Shown here: positions 59,203 to 64,000 of the stretch, in pieces
Layout: each line of letters opens with the position of its first letter
Numbering within the stretch: the stretch's first letter is position 1
Source: Candidatus Omnitrophota bacterium
Lineage (GTDB): Bacteria > Omnitrophota > Gorgyraeia > Zapsychrales > Zapsychraceae
Assembly: GCA_050250375.1 (NCBI GenBank)
Contig: JBFWOS010000001.1
Span: 1,022,361-1,086,360, forward strand
Reading direction: 5' to 3'
Length of the DNA: 64,000 bases
Notes under the pieces: model-generated
Databases searched by the model: none
What the model was told of the DNA's origin: nothing
Seen by the model: the letters and a program-made list of their open reading frames with translations, nothing else
Program-made: the position numbers and the translations under genes

Positions 59203-61545
59203 TTATATGCCTTTATTCCATAATTCTTTATAAAGGTAGTAACTTTTCCGGGGTTGACGCAAGAAAGGACTGTTTTGACCGTTTCCCTGCCCGACCAGTC
59301 CAAACCATTCCTCGTAATAATACCCGCCTGGAAATGGTCCGACGGTGTCAGACTTCTTATCATGACGGAAGGGTTCGTAATTTTTCCACCACTCATCCAA
59401 ATATTCAAAAGCAACTCCTCCGATCGCATTTCCAACCCCACGAGCCTGGCCGGCAGAATTTTCATAAATATCAAGCCAATTACCCCGATGATAGTCGGCT
59501 TGAGCCTTCTCGGCTTCTTCCAGCTTCATATGCCGGGCAAAGGCCGGCGCGCCGTATTCGCTGATAAATGCCGGTTTAGAATTATTGGTCGCATCTGAAA
59601 TCTGTTCCCAGTATGATCCGAATCCATAATCACCCCGATAGACGTTGGCCGCAAATATATCAATATTCGGCGTGTTTTCGGCAAAAATATCTAAAAACAG
59701 CGTGTCTCCGTTACTGATCGCAACAGGGTGATTTTTGTCAACAGACTTAATCCATTGGGCAACTTCATCCGCGAACCGGAAATAGGCGGCCGGTTTTTTG
59801 TCGGCGTTACAGGCCACTCCGTAATTGTTCTCATTTCCCAATAACCACATAAGGATATAAGGTTCATCTTTATGTTCCATAACCATCTTTTTGACCTGCT
59901 CGAGCATATTTTTCTGATGCTCTTCATTCTCGTAATCTGTCCCTTCAACCCATGTTGCTCCTGAGCCAATCGCATATTTACCGAGAAAATCTCCCATGAT
60001 GACCCTGATCCCGTAATCATTATAAAGTTTTCGAAGGACTTCTTTATTCGGAGTGGTGGGAACATGGTAAAAACGGATTGTGTTGACCCCCATGTCTTTC
60101 ATGATCTTAAAATCGCCGACAACAGGTTCATTCTTATCTTGCTCATTATTCAAATTGGCATCAATATATGAATCAAACGGGCCGTCAGGAAGACCATTGC
60201 CGTTCGTATCTTCTTCCATCCAGTTTTCAAGCGTACCTTTATCCGGCGACTGTCCGACCTTTGTCGGATCATAGGTAATCCCTTTGATCATGTATGGCGC
60301 ACCCTTTACCCTTAACTGCCAGTGTCCGTTGTCATACTTGACCAGCTGCACTTCCCCTTCGCCTTTCGTCTCGACAATCTTATCAAGCTCGATCTTTTTA
60401 TCATTCCACGGAAGCAGTCCGTCAAATTTCTCCGAAATGCCTTTCTTGACAATCTTCCCCGGCCAGGTATTGATGGCGTCATTTTTGATATCATTGTCAA
60501 AACCTTTTTTGACTTCAATCTTGATCCATTTGTCTTCCAGGTTCAATTCCGGGTGAGTCCGCAGGATATGCCGAATTTTGGCGATCGCCGCTTGACCGGG
60601 ATACCATGGTGTCTGCCAATAGGTATATCCGACGGTTTTAGGATAATGGACAATAAGTGCGTGATACGACTTGAGCGCTTCATAATACATCCCGGCCTTT
60701 TCAAAAATCAATCCGACATAAAACATCCTGACACCCCATGGTTCCGGGGCGGTGAACCATTTATAATACGCCGCCTCGAGGTCCTCCGTATTAACAAAAT
60801 CCCAATGGCTTCCGTTTAGTCGGCCTTCGGCCTTCGCCTTTTTATAACCGGGATTCTTATAAATGTCACCGGTGTTCGGATAAATCCCTTCGCCCAACGC
60901 CTTCTTTAAACCGTCCACATCCGTCATCCGGTAATGATAATTTTCTGTGCCGACATTTGCGAATTTTCCGTATTTAGTATAGTTGACTATTTTTTCCGTC
61001 CCTTTGGTATGCAATACCGGAACAGTCCGCAGCACATTTGAAAAATCAAAAACTTCAACCTCTTCTTTTCCCAGCATAACGTCAATACTCTGCTGGCTCT
61101 TTTCCGCTATCGACCAATACGCGCCGGTCCTCGGGTCCCATGATTGAGCCCACTTATAATTATCAATGATCGATTGAAATTTGCTGATCGCTTCTTCCTT
61201 CTTCCCTGAATTCATTAAATACTCTGCCTGGATAAAAAGGCATGTACCAACATCATTCAACGGCTGGTATTTTTTGGCCTCTGTCATTTTCGGGAAAACA
61301 ATCAGGCCTTCCTGTAATGTCTTTGCCTGATCCTGGTAACGGTCGAGACATTGGCCGATGAGTTCGTTGACTTTCTCTTCCTTGCGCTGGCTGGATGCGG
61401 CCCAGGCTTCGTTAACAATTTTGTCAGTCACATCCACCGGATTGTCCTGAGCCTGAGCGAATGGACAAACAAGAAACAGACATAAACAAATAAGCGAAAG
61501 TTGAAAAAACTGAGATGAAAATTTGTTAGATTTTTTAAGAATCAT
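59203..61545 (-). CDS. Glycoside hydrolase (clan GH-A-like TIM barrel) with an N-terminal copy of the novel ~115-aa domain
   Basis: Signal peptide. The N-terminal domain is homologous to the 304-aa protein repeats. TIM-barrel motifs LLGNENNYG (acid/base NE) and ISEYGAPAF (nucleophile E). ATGA overlap with the upstream permease gene. Confidence 0.75.
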   Translation of the reverse strand: MILKKSNKFSSQFFQLSLICLCLFLVCPFAQAQDNPVDVTDKIVNEAWAASSQRKEEKVNELIGQCLDRYQDQAKTLQEGLIVFPKMTEAKKYQPLNDVGTCLFIQAEYLMNSGKKEEAISKFQSIIDNYKWAQSWDPRTGAYWSIAEKSQQSIDVMLGKEEVEVFDFSNVLRTVPVLHTKGTEKIVNYTKYGKFANVGTENYHYRMTDVDGLKKALGEGIYPNTGDIYKNPGYKKAKAEGRLNGSHWDFVNTEDLEAAYYKWFTAPEPWGVRMFYVGLIFEKAGMYYEALKSYHALIVHYPKTVGYTYWQTPWYPGQAAIAKIRHILRTHPELNLEDKWIKIEVKKGFDNDIKNDAINTWPGKIVKKGISEKFDGLLPWNDKKIELDKIVETKGEGEVQLVKYDNGHWQLRVKGAPYMIKGITYDPTKVGQSPDKGTLENWMEEDTNGNGLPDGPFDSYIDANLNNEQDKNEPVVGDFKIMKDMGVNTIRFYHVPTTPNKEVLRKLYNDYGIRVIMGDFLGKYAIGSGATWVEGTDYENEEHQKNMLEQVKKMVMEHKDEPYILMWLLGNENNYGVACNADKKPAAYFRFADEVAQWIKSVDKNHPVAISNGDTLFLDIFAENTPNIDIFAANVYRGDYGFGSYWEQISDATNNSKPAFISEYGAPAFARHMKLEEAEKAQADYHRGNWLDIYENSAGQARGVGNAIGGVAFEYLDEWWKNYEPFRHDKKSDTVGPFPGGYYYEEWFGLVGQGNGQNSPFLRQPRKSYYLYKELWNKGI

Positions 61546-62381
61546 CCGACAACGGCTCCTGAAGACAGTCCTTTAATGATGTGTTTCTGCATGGCCAGAT
61601 AGAGAAGAATGATCGGGACTGCCGCGATCGTCAACCCGGCCATCAACATCGGGTAATTGGTATTGTGAACACCGGCGAATTCCATCAGCCCCTTTTGAAG
61701 CGGCATATGTTTCGTGTCGCTTAAGAGCAGCTGGGCCAAAATGAATTCGTTCCAGACATTCAATGAATTGAAAATGACTATAACCGCCACCGCCGGCCTG
61801 GCCAGCGGCAACGCAACGTTCCACCAGATCTGCCATTTATTGCACCCATCAATGCGGGCGGCGTCTTCAAGATCTGACGGCATCTTGTCAAAAAATGTTT
61901 TTAAAAGGATTATACTCAACGACAAACCCACATTGATCATACAAAGGATATAACCGATCTTTGTATTCGCCAAATGCAATTTATTCATCAGGACGAACAA
62001 CGGAACAAAGCTGCCCGGCAGCGGGATCATCATCGCGATGACAAACATATAAAAAAAGAAATTTTTACCGGGAAACTTTAACCGTGAAAAGGCAAACGCC
62101 GCCAACGAGGATATCACGACGATCCCTAAAACGACGAAGGTCGTATAAATGAGACTATTAAAAAAATATGTTCCGAAATTACCCTGGATCCAGGCATTCG
62201 GATAATTACTGAAATCGATGACGCTGGGGATGACGGCCTTATCCGTAAAGACGGTCTGGTTGTCCATCAACGAACAGCGGAACATCCAGAACAAGGGGAA
62301 TAAACACGTGGCCGCGACGGTCAACAAGAATATGTGCAGAAAGAAATATTTGACCATTCTTTTAAGCACGTATTGGTTCAT
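61542..62381 (-). CDS. Carbohydrate ABC transporter permease (MalG-like)
   Basis: 6 TM helices and the EAA loop motif DLEDAARIDGCNKWQIWWNVALPLARPA. Confidence 0.88.
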   Translation of the reverse strand: MNQYVLKRMVKYFFLHIFLLTVAATCLFPLFWMFRCSLMDNQTVFTDKAVIPSVIDFSNYPNAWIQGNFGTYFFNSLIYTTFVVLGIVVISSLAAFAFSRLKFPGKNFFFYMFVIAMMIPLPGSFVPLFVLMNKLHLANTKIGYILCMINVGLSLSIILLKTFFDKMPSDLEDAARIDGCNKWQIWWNVALPLARPAVAVIVIFNSLNVWNEFILAQLLLSDTKHMPLQKGLMEFAGVHNTNYPMLMAGLTIAAVPIILLYLAMQKHIIKGLSSGAVVG

Positions 62382-62406
62382 ATGATTTTCCTTCCTTAAT
62401 ATGTGG

Positions 62407-63336
62407 TTACGCCTGCTGCGCTTTATTTGAAACCATTTTCATAACCGCTGAAACCGAAATCAGGATCATCGCAAAATTAATCCCCATGGCGCAGGCATAG
62501 CCGAACTGTTTAGTCCCCTGCATAGCGGCCAGAATGCGGGTGACCGGAACTTCCGTATGATACACCAGCCCCTGACTCACCATAGAGAGGACCAGAATAA
62601 AGGCCTGCATAGCCCCGAGTACCGTCAGGATAACAACCACCAAAATGACCGGAACCATCATCGGGATGGTGACGTTCCAGAACGTCGACCAGTTGTTGGC
62701 CCCGTCCACTTTCGCTGATTCATACAACTGTTTATCAATCGTCTGCAACCCGGCCAGCAGCATAATAAATCCCCATCCGAAGCCCTGCCAGCAATGGACG
62801 ATCGCGATCGACGTCAAAGCGGTCTTTGGATTAGACAACCAATTATTCGTTAAATGATTCAATCCGACATAATCAAGATAATAATTCAACAGCCCGATCT
62901 GTTGTCCGTCCTGTGTGCCCGCATATAAAATCCACCGCCAGATCAAACCGACAACGACTTGTGACAAAACCGGCGGGATGAAAAAAACAACCCGGTAGAA
63001 TTTCTTGAACCTGATTTCGCGGTCACACGCCAGGGCCAGCATGAACGCCAAGACATTCTGAAATGTCAAAGCCCACAATGTGATATACGTGGCGTTCCAG
63101 ATCGACTTCCACCAGATCTTGTCCCCCATGAGTTCTTTGAAATTCTGAAGCCCGACAAAAGTCTTGGGACCGATCCCTTTCCATTCATGCAGTGAAAGAA
63201 TGATGATGTCAATAAACGGATAGATATAGAAAATGGAAAAAATAATAACGGCAGGGATAATAAAAATATAGTTCTCGGAAGTATTCTTTAATCTGGAATA
63301 GTTGATTGTTTTGGTTGCGGTGTTTGTATTAGCCAT
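62407..63336 (-). CDS. Carbohydrate ABC transporter permease (MalF-like)
   Basis: EAA motif ESAKVDGANNWSTFWNVTIPMMVP. Confidence 0.88.
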   Translation of the reverse strand: MANTNTATKTINYSRLKNTSENYIFIIPAVIIFSIFYIYPFIDIIILSLHEWKGIGPKTFVGLQNFKELMGDKIWWKSIWNATYITLWALTFQNVLAFMLALACDREIRFKKFYRVVFFIPPVLSQVVVGLIWRWILYAGTQDGQQIGLLNYYLDYVGLNHLTNNWLSNPKTALTSIAIVHCWQGFGWGFIMLLAGLQTIDKQLYESAKVDGANNWSTFWNVTIPMMVPVILVVVILTVLGAMQAFILVLSMVSQGLVYHTEVPVTRILAAMQGTKQFGYACAMGINFAMILISVSAVMKMVSNKAQQA

Positions 63337-63341
63337 AATTT

Positions 63342-64000
63342 TTATTTAAGCCTGTTGGCCGCTTTTTCCAACTCACGGGTTTTGACCTGCTGAACTTCTT
63401 TGGCCACTTCTTCCGGAGTCTTTTCGCCAATAATAATTGATTGGATGCCTTTATCAAAGGCCTCGGTAACCGCCGGCATCTCATTATATTTCCATAAAGT
63501 CGGATGGGTCGTATTGTCCATGACCTTGGCGAAATCCGAAAGAACCTCCGGGATCGCGGTTAATGCCTTGCGGTTAGCCGGAAGATTCCGCGTCTCATTC
63601 GCCAGATAAATCTGCTGCTGTTCAGACGACAACCATTTTAAAAAGGCAATCGCCTGATCTTTATTCTTTGAATTTTTATTCACAACAAAAGATGATCCCG
63701 CCCCGCCCCAGATTTTCATTGGAAATTTGGAATTGATGGGAGGCGGAAGCATGGCGCTGTATTCAAGATCCGGATTCATGCCATGATAAACGTTCACACA
63801 CCAGGAACCGTTGTAAGCAAACGCCGCCCGTTCAAGAGCGAAATCCTGCTCTGCCTCCTTGTTCGGTTTCGTGACAATCCCTTCAATGAACGCTCCTTCT
63901 TTGCTGAGCGTTTTAAAGATGGAAAGAACCTTGATCCAGTCCTCATCCGTATAGGGAACATCACCACGATAGGTGGCCATAATCTTTTCTTCGCCCATGA
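63342..64000 (-). CDS. Sugar ABC transporter substrate-binding protein, partial (N-terminus beyond window end)
   Basis: C-terminal SBP-like sequence. The ORF is open to the window edge, with operon context alongside the two permeases. Confidence 0.65.
   Translation of the reverse strand, partial: MGEEKIMATYRGDVPYTDEDWIKVLSIFKTLSKEGAFIEGIVTKPNKEAEQDFALERAAFAYNGSWCVNVYHGMNPDLEYSAMLPPPINSKFPMKIWGGAGSSFVVNKNSKNKDQAIAFLKWLSSEQQQIYLANETRNLPANRKALTAIPEVLSDFAKVMDNTTHPTLWKYNEMPAVTEAFDKGIQSIIIGEKTPEEVAKEVQQVKTRELEKAANRLK

Overview
This window is a 64-kb chromosomal segment that, from its gene content, appears to come from a Gram-negative-type (diderm) bacterium. Diderm envelope genes are present: lptE-like, bamD-like, lnt, an lpxL-family acyltransferase, a TolC-like OMP, secA and murJ. 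GC content looks moderate by eye, and nearly all genes lie on the minus strand.

Housekeeping genes I can recognise are eno, ftsB, purN, secA, prfB (with its programmed +1 frameshift), uvrC, murJ, rpsT, holA, leuS, thiSGH, cysK and mnmG. There are three tRNAs: an initiator-like Met(CAU), Phe(GAA) and Pro(CGG).

Transport and accessory modules are:
- a GntR/YtrA-type regulator with an ABC transporter and several membrane proteins;
- an RND pump with an OMP but no adaptor gene in the window;
- a GT2 + GT-C + methyltransferase glycosylation cluster;
- a pilT ATPase;
- comEA and comEC;
- a LacI-regulated glycoside-hydrolase and sugar-ABC locus.

The standout is a 1366-aa FtsH-type protease on the plus strand (13382..17482). 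It has a short two-TM anchor, four tandem complete AAA+ ATPase modules and one intact M41 zinc-peptidase domain (HESGH). It is translationally coupled (TAATG overlap) to an uncharacterised lipoprotein gene. Canonical FtsH has a single AAA module, so this looks like an undescribed multi-ring AAA protease system.

Other notable items:
- a class-II Fic/HTH protein with palindromic operator-like sites, sitting in a possible 1.4-kb islet at the tRNA-fMet 3' end;
- dense palindrome and hairpin arrays at two of the tRNA loci (tRNA-fMet/Fic region and tRNA-Phe), and a 20-bp-phased CAATTG array between the tRNA-Pro 3' side and leuS;
- a three-member paralogous membrane-domain family, one copy fused to a response-regulator receiver;
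- a new ~115-aa repeat domain shared by a secreted protein and the glycoside hydrolase N-terminus.
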